Of a stretch of 64,000 nt of DNA, positions 24,753 through 36,939 are shown piece after piece. A model generated the notes under the pieces. The model ran no database searches. It saw only the letters and a program-made list of their open reading frames with translations, and was not told where the DNA came from. The stretch covers positions 1 to 64,000 of the forward strand of contig NW_027117338.1 of assembly GCF_038025025.1 (NCBI RefSeq), read 5' to 3'. The stretch's first letter is position 1; every line of letters starts with the position of its first letter. The translations under genes were made by a program, and so were the position numbers. This DNA is from Phyllosticta citribraziliensis. Lineage: Eukaryota.

Positions 24753-26473
24753 GGTCGATGGAGAGACTGAACGAGCGTGAGGAGGACAGTGACAAACCAG
24801 CGACGAGCAGTATTAAATGAACGAGTGTGGGGTGGAGCTAGCGTCAAGACCAGCGTAGCAGTGGGAGAGGCGGGACAAGTTGCGGTGGAGCAGAGAATCG
24901 GTCGACTGATATACAAGAGTGGAAGGGAGATGGGCTCGGAGCATGCGTCTTGCGTGGGTCTTGCCCGTGGCCGCGCCTCTGGCTGTGCAGATGGTCGTGG
25001 AGCAATCATCGTAACAGTGTCTAAATTTGTGCCCATAACCCAGTTCGGTTCGGACATCTCCCGCACAAGAGAGCGGCGGCAAGGATTCATGCAAGAGGCG
25101 GCAACTCCGCCGAACACGATTCTGACGGCCTTATCAAGAACCATGCACAGAGACGCTGGTACAGGCGATGATCGCCCTCGAGGGCGGGTAGCCCTGCTGA
25201 GACTTGATAGCGCATGGCATGCAAGAAGGGCTGGGAAGCAGTCAGTGAGGGGCTTGCAAACAGACTGAATGGGGCAGAGTGCGTGGAATCGTCAAACGAA
25301 TGGGGGGTGAGGCGGTGCAGGAAATGCGCCGTAGACGGTAGGTGGCAGAAGAGAGGGAGGGAAAAAAAAAAAGAAAAAAGACGTAGCAGGCCGAGCGTCA
25401 CGGCGTTGATAGAGAATTGAGTGGGCCGGACCGGGGGGGGCGAGAGCAGAGGACAAGGTGCATGATGGAGGTTACGCCGCGTGTGGTGGTGAGGCAGAGG
25501 GCCGGGTCACGTGCAGCGCGTGTGATTGGCCGACGTCGTCAACCGCAACGACATCCCAAGTGCCTGTGCTGTGCGACAGCAACACAGTCCACACAGTCCC
25601 CGAGCGCACACGACACAGCCCGCCCATGGTCCTGACTGCTGGAAACGCCGCGAATCCGCGATTGATCACCGCATCTGTCGACTCGCTTGCGTCCTATTTT
25701 TGAAGCCTCGCTCGCTGCTCTCCGTCCGTCAGTCACTCTTTCTCATCAGGCCTCCGACGCGCGCCATCGAGTAGCCCTATCGTACAAACGACGAAGCGCC
25801 CGTCCATGTAACACGAGATCCTGCCCTGCCATGGCTTTCTCTCTTTCTTTTCCCCCCAGTCTTCTTGTTTCGTGTCTCTTTGCGGCCTCGGTCGTCCAGC
25901 GAGCCGCACGCAGTGGCCAAAGTTTAAACGAGAAAGAAAATCCTGTGGCGCCCGTCTCAGGGCGCGGCCCAGCCGAGCGATAACACGGCCACAATGACAG
26001 AGGCGGGCGGCGAGCACGAGACGGCAATTCGATGGCGAGTTGCAGCGCTCAGGAACAGCATGGGGCCAGGTTGCAAGCGCCAGGGGGTCCCCAGCTCGGC
26101 CTCGTACTTGTTCAGACCGGGGACTCCCACTTTTCGGCCCTCCCGTTTGTTCGCTGGCAAGCCGGTCCGGCGCGAGCGTAGTCTGCATCGCGCGCTCCCT
26201 GCCACAGCTTTGACGGCCGCCAATGCCCGCCGTTGCTTTGCTAATGCCGGCCTCGCAACCTTTTTGCTTGCTGCCCAGGCAGCTTGACGGCTCTCGGCAG
26301 AGTGTGCCCCCGCCCCCTCCCAGGTCAGGACCGAGAGCCTTTTCCCTCTACACCCCCTCGTCCAGTCGCCCCATCTATTGCCGTATGTGACTGATTTCAA
26401 AAACACTTCTCCTGCAAAACCGTCCCGCCCTGGCCTGCCTTGACCGTCTCCGTTTAACATGCATCGAACTATC

Positions 26474-27638
26474 ATGCGTGGCGCGTGGGCCTCCGCGCTG
26501 ATCGCGGCCCTGCTGGCGTGGCCACTGGCAGTCGTCGCCGATGATGAAGAGACGGAAACCATGTGCAGTCCCGAGTCTGCTGTCAACACGACGTCGCTAC
26601 GCTACACAATCCTCTCCAATCAGTGGGGCGACGACGGTTCCGGTTTACAATGCGTGACTGTTGGTTGCCGCCCGTCCTGTACCAGGGTGGAATTCCCTCT
26701 GCTGACCTCCAACGTGTACAGTCCGAACTCGGCAGCAAAGATGACAACTCGACGTCCTTTAATGCGACCTGGAGGTGGTTTAATACTCGCACAGAGGTAA
26801 GACTTTATAGCCGTGTCCCAAGTCAGGCCGCTTACGACTACACGTTTCAGGTCCACTCGTTCCCCAGTGTCATCCTGAATTCCAATGTAATGCCCGTAGT
26901 GGTGTCCAACCTGACGTCCATCACCATTGATGCGTCTTGGGCAATAGTCCCCTCTCCTTCTGATGAGACTGAGACCAACTCAACCTTGCTGGCGTCTCTC
27001 GACACCGTCGCCGACGTTGCCCTGGACATGTTCCTGGACGATGACCCGCTCAAGTCGTCTAACGCGTCTGGCGCCACGACCGAAGTCATGGTCTGGCAAT
27101 CTGCATATGGTAACCTGAAGCCGCTCGGTTGGGACACCATTTCGGCAGACCCTCCCATCCGTGAGCTATCCGCCGTCAACTAGTGAGTCGCCTCGTGCGC
27201 CTGAAGAAGCCTCTCAGGCCCCCCAAGCGCCTCATGGTCGCATATTTTTAGCATGCCCCTATGCTAACGTCCTCCACCAGCACGCTATACAAGGGCTTCA
27301 ATGCCAATGGCCAGACTGTCTACTCATGGGTGCCGAACCAGAACCAGTCGACGCTGAACACCGACTTGTACCCTCTTGTCGACTACCTGGTCAAAGATGG
27401 CGCCATTTCCGACAAGATGTATCTCGGCCGTTTGCAGTTTGGATCTGAAACGATGCACTCGGGTCAGAACCAAAACATTTCGTTCATCGTGTCTCATCTT
27501 GAGATGAACGTCAACCACGAGGTTTGGACTCCTCCCAAGGGTTCCGGGAGCGGAAGCGGACACCACAAGGGTGCCGCATCATCATTACAGCCAAGCGTCG
27601 CATTGATCGTGGCGATTGTTTTGTTTTTGGTTGTGTAA
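26474..27638 (+). CDS. Glycoside hydrolase family 12 endo-beta-glucanase with signal peptide and putative GPI-anchor signal
   Basis: Four exons. NQWG, VHSFPSV, ADVALDMF, TEVMVW (nucleophile Glu 27082-27084) and QFGSE (acid/base Glu 27447-27449). C-terminus GSGSGSGHHKGAASSLQPSVALIVAIVLFLVV. Confidence 0.88.
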
Positions 27639-30600
27639 AAGGCAACAGCGAGTCGGGTGTTTGGTTCTGGCACTTTTGCTGATTCCTTCTTGACGGCCTT
27701 TGACGCTGAAAGTTTTGCTTCGTTGTCCAATTTTTTTCTTCCATTTGGTTTCCATTACGATTCTACGGTCCTTCGATATACCACGGGGTAGGAACGGTTC
27801 TCATGTAGTAGTCCCGCGGCGGCGCGTCATATCGAAAGCGGCTACTTCAAGATGTATCGCTTTGTGCGGCATTCTAATGTAACTAATTGACCAGTCCAGC
27901 CATGCGTTTTGATAAGCGTGCGTTTGGAACAATATTGGTTTTCTTTTCAGCCACAGATCTGGCCAGCGGGCGCGGCTGCATGGTATCGTGTCAGTGGATG
28001 CACCTCGTGCATTGGACCATCAAGGATCCTGTAGGCTCCAGGGGGCCGGTATGCATGGTTAGGGGCAAGCATGCATGAAACAGGAACAGACAGCGTTAGA
28101 AGGACCTTTTTCTTTGCTCTCCTCCACCACGACTAGAAGGGTGCGCGAGTGATTGGACAGAAGCAGAGGACACCCCATTCTGCTGGCCCCACTTCAAAAT
28201 GGCGAGCTACTCCTCTCGATGCACTGAGAGACGGTGCCAAGAGTGGAGAGCTGCTTCTACAGGATTCGTCCAACGGCGGATGGCAGGGATAGTGGCACTG
28301 CAGCCCAGCAAGATGCAGCAATCCAATCAGCACGCGGGCGGAGGCAGCGGTGGGGATCCCGCGTGAACGTTGATGCTAAAGACAGAGCCGCAGGAAGAGG
28401 ACCAAGTACTTTGGCCGTGTTTGGTGGTGAGATGTTCCTGTGACTTTGGGTCGAATCAAGCTCAACACAAACTCGGCGGGAGGCGCCGTCCCGCTTTCTT
28501 GGTGCTCGACATCTGAACAAAGTTTCCGGCGTGGCGGGAACCAGGTTGGTTGTTCAAAATAAGCTCACAAGCTTTTCCAGGAACTACCGACCGAGCCTCT
28601 TCGATAGTCGACGACGACCATGTTGTTCCCCTCTCCGCGGGGACTCGCCGTTGCAGTCAGTCGTTGCAGAAAATGCCCGACGCGTGCCAGCCTCCAGCCC
28701 TGATCGCTGGTGCAGCTTGCGACAGCTGCGTGCACCGCAACGCCTGGCCACATGGACCGTATGTACCTATGTATGTAGTGTAGGTACATACCGTGACACC
28801 AGCCACGACTTGTCCCTAGACGCAACAACTTCCGCAAGGCCAACCCGGGCTTTGTGGATAAGTGGGATGTTTGACGACTGATCCAGGAGCCAGCTTTCTC
28901 GCCTCGCCCTGTCCCATCTCTGGCGGTCGCCTCTCAAACGCTCCATCAACAGGGTCCTTTGCTCTGGCCGGAAGCGCGCTTAGTCTGTTGTCGGACAGAC
29001 CCACTCGCCAACGGCCATATCCCACTTTTCTCGATCTACAACGCCGCGCTGCATCTTCGTCGCACTTCAACGTTTGGCCTGCTGTCCTTCACTTTCCCCC
29101 CGCTGCATGTCAAAAGGAAGCGCGTGCAAAAAGCCGTCTCGCAGGAGGTCCAGTCTGAATGGGATGCCAGTGGCGATCCCGACGCTGGGCCAGATTCATG
29201 CTCTGTCCAGGACCTGGCTCAGGCTCTGTGGTGCGTTTCTGCGACGATTTCTTGATCGTCGCGGTGCACAAGTGTCGTTCCGCTGGTCTGTGAGGAGCTT
29301 GGATGTTCCGTACGTACAGCTGGTGGCACGACTGGTCGTCGTGGATCTTCCGTCCATTCTTCCTCAGGCGCAGAGCGTTGAAAATAGAGCCGTGAGGCTG
29401 AAAACTGGCACACATGCTCGGCTTCTTCCTGGATCGTAGCTGGACGGCTTTCCCCCTTTGCCATGACATGATTGGACATGCATGGAAGATTCAGCTCAGC
29501 CAGGTCCATCCAGATACATCGCCGAGCTCAAAAAGCGGATGCAGATCCGCCTGCCGCCTGGTGCTCCACCCACCAATCAACGCCGCTCCACGCCAGATAT
29601 GCAGACGCTGCCACAACCAAAACGCGCCCGTCCGTCTTATCCGCACCACCCAATACCTGGAGCTTTTCGCCCCTATGTATGTCTGTATGTACCTACCGAA
29701 TTGCGCGGTGTTGCAAAGGGTACAACGGGGCCAGGATGTCCCTTTCACGCGCTAGTGAATTCTGCGCCACGCCCCAGCATCTTGCAGGTTTATTGATCAA
29801 GTATTGTCTTCCTGCACAGAACACGGCACTTGCAAGCGGACATGTCGACATTTTTGCAGCGTCTGCGGTCAGTGACAGTCGACTCCGTCCGCACTCGGCG
29901 TCAACGGCATCATCGTGGCCTGTCGCACTCGGCGTGCCGGCCGGTGCCTGCTTCGTCGGCAGTGCGTCTCTGGGCGATCTCGTCTTCCCCGTGGTGTTCA
30001 ACAAATGGCTTTGCGCGTGGAGAACATCGCCAGGTGTGCGTGCGACCGCGTCCTATGTAGAGGCAGGTCTTTTCGAGGTGGTTCGTCGGTTGACGCAAGC
30101 GCTGACGACGCGCGGCGATCCCAGACACTTGCGAAGCGACTGCGGCGGCCAGCCTCACTCACGACCTTTTCTTGCTCATACTGATTCCTTGATGAGTCGC
30201 GGTGCAGATGCCAACTTGTATGGCGGTGACGTGCGGACTCGACGCGAAACCTCGCTGCCGAACCGTAGGGCTTGTGTGGGGGCTCTCCGCCTTGAAACGT
30301 CACGGAACGCGCGCGCTGCACGGCACTGAAACCGAGTCAAGAGCGTTGAGTGATGTGGAGGCGCGAGGGCTTGCGTGTTGTGGGCTTTGGATTGTGGGTG
30401 TCGTGGCGGTGCTGTTGCTGTTGAACAAATGGCACCGGTCAGGATGGGTGGTGGTGTCAGTGTGCGACGCGAAGCCTCGCCATACTACCATGGCTGGCTG
30501 ACGAGTAGGTTTTGATGGAGGTGTCTCGCAGCCTTCACTCGCTCCCTGTCCGAAAAGTGGCGAGGAGAATCGTGGTAGGTGGCTTAATGGCGGCCATCAT

Positions 30601-31740
30601 CATCTTGTCTCAAGACCAAGCAAGATGATGTGGCACCCTCTCTGCCCTACCGGCGGTAATTACGTCGTCTGTCTCACCTCTCGAGTCTTCGGGATCTCTG
30701 CGTCTTTCGTCAGAGCCTGGAAATCGCGGGAACAATATGTTCTGGTTGATCCTTGGTCGATTTGTATCCTGTTTGCTGAGGCGTATGACATTGTTCAATC
30801 GCTGACTGCAAAATCACTTGCTCCAAAACCAATAAGGAGACGAAAGGCTAGGATCGTCTCACAGTAGACAGGCTGACTTCTTCTACTGAATGCCGATGCA
30901 AGCTGACCGCGGCAGCTCAGTGCCCTCGTTTTTGTTTGTTCAAGTATCAAAACACTTCTCCGCCGAATTGACAGTCTTGCGAGCGTGCTAACTTTGTTTC
31001 CATAAACCTGGTAGCAAGGCAACCACAATCACGCTCAGATTCCCGTTGTCGACTGAAACTGGCGTGCCAATCTCTTGTGTGAGATCTAGGATGGGGAGCG
31101 CAGACCCTTGCAAGATAACCACCCTTTGATTCGCAACCATTGTGGCAGCTCAACTATGCAATCACCTTTTACTATACACAGACAGACCCTGAGCCAGGCG
31201 AAAGTGAGACAGAAGACCAGCCACGACGTGACCCCCCAACACGTGGATGCCCTCGTGCTGTTTCTAACACTGAAAACATCCACACAGTGAGGCTCTTTTG
31301 TCGCACTCGCTGGCAAGCGATTCCGCGCCTTGTTGGCTTGCCTCGCAAGAGAAAGAACTAAATCCAAGTCAAGGTTGTCGCAAGCTTCTTTCAGTTCTTC
31401 TGTTTTTGCGGACAAGATCTGTTTTCGTTTCCAAATTACCAGAGACGAATCAAGAACTTCCGTCGTTCCTCTGCCGTCTGGCTTCACCTGGAAAATGAAA
31501 CTTGCGCAAAAAACGATCGAAGCGGTTCGGTGAAAGCCCTGCATGATTTATTTCGTGTTCAGGAAGATTTGGGTTTGGTTTTACCCTGTCATTGCGAGAG
31601 TATATACAGGTAAGTCCAACTAATACCTACAAGAGATCTGGATAGTGAAGAAGAGCACGAAAGATACCGATGACATGTCGGACGAAGCGCGGAAGTAGTT
31701 GTTCGGAAAGAATTACCGCCAACGCTCAATCAATCCGCCA

Positions 31741-33138
31741 TCACAAGTCATCCCCGCCGCCCAAGCAATCCAGCGAGCTCAAAAACGCCTGGACGATGCT
31801 CCCCCTCCTGCTCCTATTTGCCTCGTCATCGCCTCCCAGCAACGGCGCCTGCTCATTGCCAAAGAGCCCCATGATGGCGTTGGACCAGTACTGTGCGCCG
31901 TGCCTCATCGAGCAGCCGGAGCCGACATCACTATCCGAGTTATCAGAGTCATCCGAATCGTCGTCTTCGACAGCAGCATAGTACCGCGCGTCATCGTCCT
32001 CCTCCTCCTCGGGCTCAACTTCGACGAGACGCCCCTTGCCCTTCTGTTTGTCTCGCTCCTCGGCCAGGGCCGTGTCGCGTTCCCACCGCATGCGTTCGGC
32101 GTGTCGCCGCTCGAGGAGCGCGACCACCGGCGCGTTGACGGCCCACTGGGCGTCGAGGGGTTCGCGGTACTCCGGCTTGCGGTAGGGGTTGCCGAGATCC
32201 AAGAGGCCGGAGTGTCTGCACCACGCGCCGCGCTGCCAGACGGGGTCGAGGGGCGGGCAGGGGGTGGACAGGAAGTCCATGTACGAGTCCTCGGACGCCT
32301 CCGAGTGTGCGGACAGGGAAGAAGGAGCGCGAGTTTTGTCGTTCTCCTGGGTCTCTTGGCCCTCGATTTCATCGTCTTCTTCGTGCTGCGCCGCTTCTGC
32401 CTCTTCTTGCGTCGCTTCTCCGTTCTCTACCTCCTCTTCTCCCTCTTCCGGATTTGCTTCCTCCCCCTCCTCGCCCCCTTTTGCCTTGTGTCTCTCACGC
32501 TCCGCCATTCTGTCCTGTAGCACGCGCAAAAAGTCAAAGAAATGCACCTCAATCGGCCGCCTCAGCGGGTCCCTCATATCCAAAAACAACAACGAGCCAC
32601 CACCCTTCGCAACGCCCGGCGCAAAGCCCAACCCAGGCCGCTCTGGCGCCATCATGGCCTCCCACAGCACATACGCGACGAGGCGATCGCGAGTGGTAAG
32701 CCAGGTCGCAACGACGCCCGCCTCAGCCAACGCGCGCTCAAAGTGCGGCCAGTGGGCCAGCGCGATCTCGGTGCCCTTGAGCAGGTCGACGTAGCCATGA
32801 GCGCCACCGATCTGGGGGCACGCGTCTGACAGGCTGAAAGTGTCGTCGCGCGGGACGGCGGGCGTGGCGGGGCCCGCCGTCGACGCCGTCCACTCGGCGC
32901 TGTACGCGCTGCGGTCGCGGCTGCACACGTAGCACGGGTACGGCGTGAAGAGGCGGCGATGCTGGGTCTCGTTGAAGCAGAGCGGGATCGTTGACGGGGC
33001 GCTGGGGCTGATGTGCTGCGTTTTGTTGCGTCTCTTCCGTTTCTGGTTCGTGTTGCGGATGAGGCGCTTGGTGTTGATGCGCTTGCCGATTCTGCTGCTG
33101 CGGGTTTCGTCCCACAGCTGACGGATGGGCGGAGCCAT
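31741..33138 (-). CDS. Hypothetical protein (basic N-terminus, acidic coiled-coil-like regions)
   Basis: Long uninterrupted ORF with GC-rich third positions. No recognised family. Confidence 0.7.
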   Translation of the reverse strand: MAPPIRQLWDETRSSRIGKRINTKRLIRNTNQKRKRRNKTQHISPSAPSTIPLCFNETQHRRLFTPYPCYVCSRDRSAYSAEWTASTAGPATPAVPRDDTFSLSDACPQIGGAHGYVDLLKGTEIALAHWPHFERALAEAGVVATWLTTRDRLVAYVLWEAMMAPERPGLGFAPGVAKGGGSLLFLDMRDPLRRPIEVHFFDFLRVLQDRMAERERHKAKGGEEGEEANPEEGEEEVENGEATQEEAEAAQHEEDDEIEGQETQENDKTRAPSSLSAHSEASEDSYMDFLSTPCPPLDPVWQRGAWCRHSGLLDLGNPYRKPEYREPLDAQWAVNAPVVALLERRHAERMRWERDTALAEERDKQKGKGRLVEVEPEEEEDDDARYYAAVEDDDSDDSDNSDSDVGSGCSMRHGAQYWSNAIMGLFGNEQAPLLGGDDEANRSRRGSIVQAFLSSLDCLGGGDDL

Positions 33139-33751
33139 GATGGACTGGAAAGCGTCAGTGGGTATGAGGGGGAAGGGCGAAATATTTGGAAATGATAGGC
33201 TCACTGTAGGACTGTAGAGTCGACAGAGAATTTCGAGTTATGTTCTTGTTTTGCTGAACTCGAAAGATCGAGTATGAGTCCGCTGGGGCTTGGATTGAAG
33301 GGAGATGAAAGCAGCGAAGAATCTGCAGCCAGAAGTCCTTTTGAAGAGGAAGTAAAGGTCATGTCCCAAGGAGAGTCTTTATGTTTGGGTCACCCAAACC
33401 AGAGTTACGCCAGCATGCATTGACAACTTGGAGTTTTGACTGAGGACAGCACCTCAATATTCGTTAAAATGTCGCCGACTTGTTGTACGAAACGAACTGT
33501 CAAGCCAAAGAATCCATGCAGAGAAAAAGTCTAAATTCTCATGACCGAGAGAGCCAGCGCGAGTGTTGGGTATTGACAAGGAAAAGACCGAAGACATTCA
33601 ACCGTGGTAGGCATCCAGAGTCCTGTTCAACCCTCTATTCCGCAACATAACCAAGGATGGTGAAAATCGTCAAAGAACCAGTCTCGGGGAGAAATTTCAA
33701 ACCTATGTACTTACACAGTCCACAGAATTAGACAGATACAGCATGAACAAC

Positions 33752-35952
33752 TCACTGGTCAGCGACTAGCGCCCTCGCATCTTCCACCGCACACCTAGCC
33801 ACTCTCTTGAGAACGCTCTTGTGGTCCGCCTCTCGGAACCGCTCCCAGTGGTCCAAGCCCTCCTTGGCTTGGATCGAGAGCGTCTCGTAGCCCTGCTTGA
33901 TGACCTTGCTCACTTCACGTGGGCTCAAGTTCTTACTTCTGACTTTGCCCTTCTCGTCACCCTGCAGCAACTCGTAATAGTGACTCGACACGCTGATGAG
34001 GGTCTCAATGGAGCTCGACGATTGGTGCTTCGACAGTTCGTACGCGTCGCGGAACTTGGTGAGAATGTCGCCAGTTTCGACGAGCTTGTAGAATAGGTCG
34101 TCGTATGCCGCCGCATCGGGAAGGAAAGTCTCTCCGGTTGACAATGATAGGGCAATTAGATTGACGGTGTCATCAATCAGACGGGAAGACTGGTGCAGCG
34201 TCTTGATGTCCTTGGCATACGTCGTAAGGAAGCGGATAAATGACAGTAACGAGCGCCATAGTTCGGACCAGTGGTAGGCTGCTACAATTTAGCACGTGTA
34301 AGAAGGACGAGGGCGAAGACTTACCAAATCGAACCCGAGATCGTCCCAGGAATGATATGAGCCGCAAAATCACACCGACGCAAAGGCTATTGAGTCAGCG
34401 ACGAACAAAGCAACAGGTCAAGGGACTCACATGTAAAACTCTGTGTCAAGACGTCTCCTCAGATTGTGATTGATTCCGTCGACCATAATGTCCAGAATCG
34501 TAGCAGCGATGGCCCGATCTCCTTTGGGGAGCGGCAAAAATGGTTGTCTCTGCCTGCAGAGCCGTACGGGTGTCTTGCTCTCATCGCTGCAGATACGCTT
34601 GGCGAGTTGGGGGTCTTCGATGATGATGTGGAGAATGAAAAGGTTCACATGGGTATAGAGCGCCGTCCTTGGAGACCGATGAGCATGCTGAAAAATGTAC
34701 GAAGTGAAAGAGAGAAATGCGCTAATGGGTGAAACGTCAGTCTTGCTCGCCGCCGGCTGCGTGACGAGATTAAAGCAAAAGAGTTTGTTGGCGTTGGCAA
34801 AGTCGTAAGTTGACAGGAGGATGGCGGCTTCGGCTCCAGGTCTGTTCGCGTTAGTGGCAAGTCCAATAAGAGGTACGCCAACTTACAAAGTTGCAAGCAA
34901 TTTTTGCGCCTCCTCTTCAGGAACCGATGATTTCTTGTTCGATCCCGTCAGGTATCCAATGGCGCTGCCAAGGGACCAGCCCTCTGGAAGGTCGTCTTGG
35001 ACAGCGACATACTTGTCTCTTGCGTCCCGGCAAGTGTTGCCCACACAATGGACCGTCTTCTTGATTGCCATGTCATTGACAAAATCGTCAAGGCGGAGTC
35101 TGTACGGATTCTGGAATTCAAACTTGTTGTAGTTGACCAGCAGCCCGAGGAGGATAAAGGGATCGAGTATTTCGGTGGACGATTCAGAATCTTGGACAAA
35201 CTGCATCCCGTCAGAACGCTTCACTAAAATGAATACACAACAAACCTTCATGAGGGACGGGAAAAGATCACGGTGCGTGAAGTACGAGATCAGCCCGGTC
35301 GAGTACGCCCCCGATGTGATGGACAGGCCGACCCTGATGGCCTTGCGGCGAATCTCCACTGCTCTTGGGTTAGCTAGCCCAACAAGCTGGACGCTTCGTA
35401 CGTACTGCTGCGACCACTGCGGATGATTGTGTCCAGCGCGCCCACCAATTCTGGCAGCACCACGTCTGCATTGTCCAACCCAGCGAGCACGGAGAGGATG
35501 TCGGAGCTAGGATTCGTGTACTTTTTGCTCAACACGGCGCCTAGAAAGACTGTCAAAGTCTGATACGTGTGAGTCGGCAGTCGGTTTTTAGGAAGCGAAT
35601 GCGCAGCTTACATCGAGGGCGATGTCGTCCGAGGGGCCTTGGGCATTCTTTATGCGGGCAATGGCGCGAGAGAAGAGCTGTTGGGCAGGGAGCTGGAAAA
35701 GATGTGAGCAGGTTGATAAGCGCATGGGCGCGGCAAATGTACCTGAAAATGGAGCATGGCGTCGGCGCTCAGGTCGCCCAAGACGCGTCGCAACCGGGGT
35801 GGATCGGGCTTGAGGAGGAAGAACTCCTGCCAGAAGCCCTCCGAGAACTCGGGCTCGTCATCTTGCTCGGTGAACAGGAGTTCGTATAGCTGGACTATCT
35901 TTGGCGTAAAGGTTTCCGGGCGAGACTGCTGGGTCAAGGGCGAGGGCTCCAT
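33752..35952 (-). CDS. ARMH3/C10orf76-like armadillo-like helical protein (DUF1741)
   Basis: Multi-exon. PETFTPKIVQLYE, FWQEFFLLKP, LLVNYNKFEFQNPY and YDDLFYKLVE. Confidence 0.85.
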
Positions 35953-36126
35953 GGCGGGGGCCTATGGGGCAGGGCGTCTGGAGTGAAGACACGGTGGTGT
36001 TGAATGATTTCCGCGACAAGGCATCGATCGGCTAATAAGGGTCCACTGCGCCGACGACCGTCGTCATCGCTGCGTGGGGTCCCCGGCCGCAGCGATTCAA
36101 CAACACCACACTCTCACTCGTCGTCA

Positions 36127-36894
36127 ATGGCCTCCGCCGACCCGCCAGCCTTCCTCCTCGCCCTCTCCGGTCCCTCCTCGAGCGGCAAGACTACGCTTGC
36201 TCGGCTGCTCCGCGACATCCTGCCCTCGGCGTACATCTTGCACCTGGACGACTTCTACAAACACGACTCGCAAATTCCCGTCAACGACGCCGGAATCCAA
36301 GACTGGGACTGCCTGGACGCCATTGACATTCCACCGCTGCGAAACGCGCTCGAACACATCAGGGCTCATGGGACACCGCCGCCAGACTTTGTCAGCAAGG
36401 AGGACCAGAATGCCGTGGGGGAGTGCGGCATCTCGAGCGCCGTGGTCGACAAGTGCCGTGAAAGGGTACAGCAGTTCTTTGGATCCGTGAAAGACAAGCG
36501 GGGCGCGAAGAAGACTGCCATCGTCGACGGCTTTCTGCTCTTTTCCCCGGAAATGGCGGACCTTGGAATCCGCGACCAATTTGACTTGAAGCTGTTCTTG
36601 CGCACGTCGTATGCGACGGCCAAGACACGTAGAGAGGCGAGGAACGGCTACGTTACGCTCGAAGGGTTCTGGCAAGATCCTCCAGGCTACGTCGACGACA
36701 TCGTGTGGCCCAACTATGTCAAGGACCACAGGTTCCTCTTTCAGGACGGCAACGTGGATGGTGAGTTGGATCAGGACGTGTGCAAGAAGATAGACGTGCA
36801 CGGCATGCCTACAGATGCCCAGGGCGACATGGCCAAGGTCTTGGAGTGGGCCACAGACACAATACTTGAGCGGTTGAACAATGGTTTGCAATAG
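36127..36894 (+). CDS. NRK1: Nicotinamide riboside kinase
   Basis: P-loop SGPSSSGKTT, HLDDFYK, DWDC and RREARNGYVTLEGFWQDPPGYVDDIVWPNY. Confidence 0.92.
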   Translation: MASADPPAFLLALSGPSSSGKTTLARLLRDILPSAYILHLDDFYKHDSQIPVNDAGIQDWDCLDAIDIPPLRNALEHIRAHGTPPPDFVSKEDQNAVGECGISSAVVDKCRERVQQFFGSVKDKRGAKKTAIVDGFLLFSPEMADLGIRDQFDLKLFLRTSYATAKTRREARNGYVTLEGFWQDPPGYVDDIVWPNYVKDHRFLFQDGNVDGELDQDVCKKIDVHGMPTDAQGDMAKVLEWATDTILERLNNGLQ

Positions 36895-36939
36895 AAAGGG
36901 CTGCGGCGCAGCGGGTATCAAACGGGGTCATCCAAGTCT

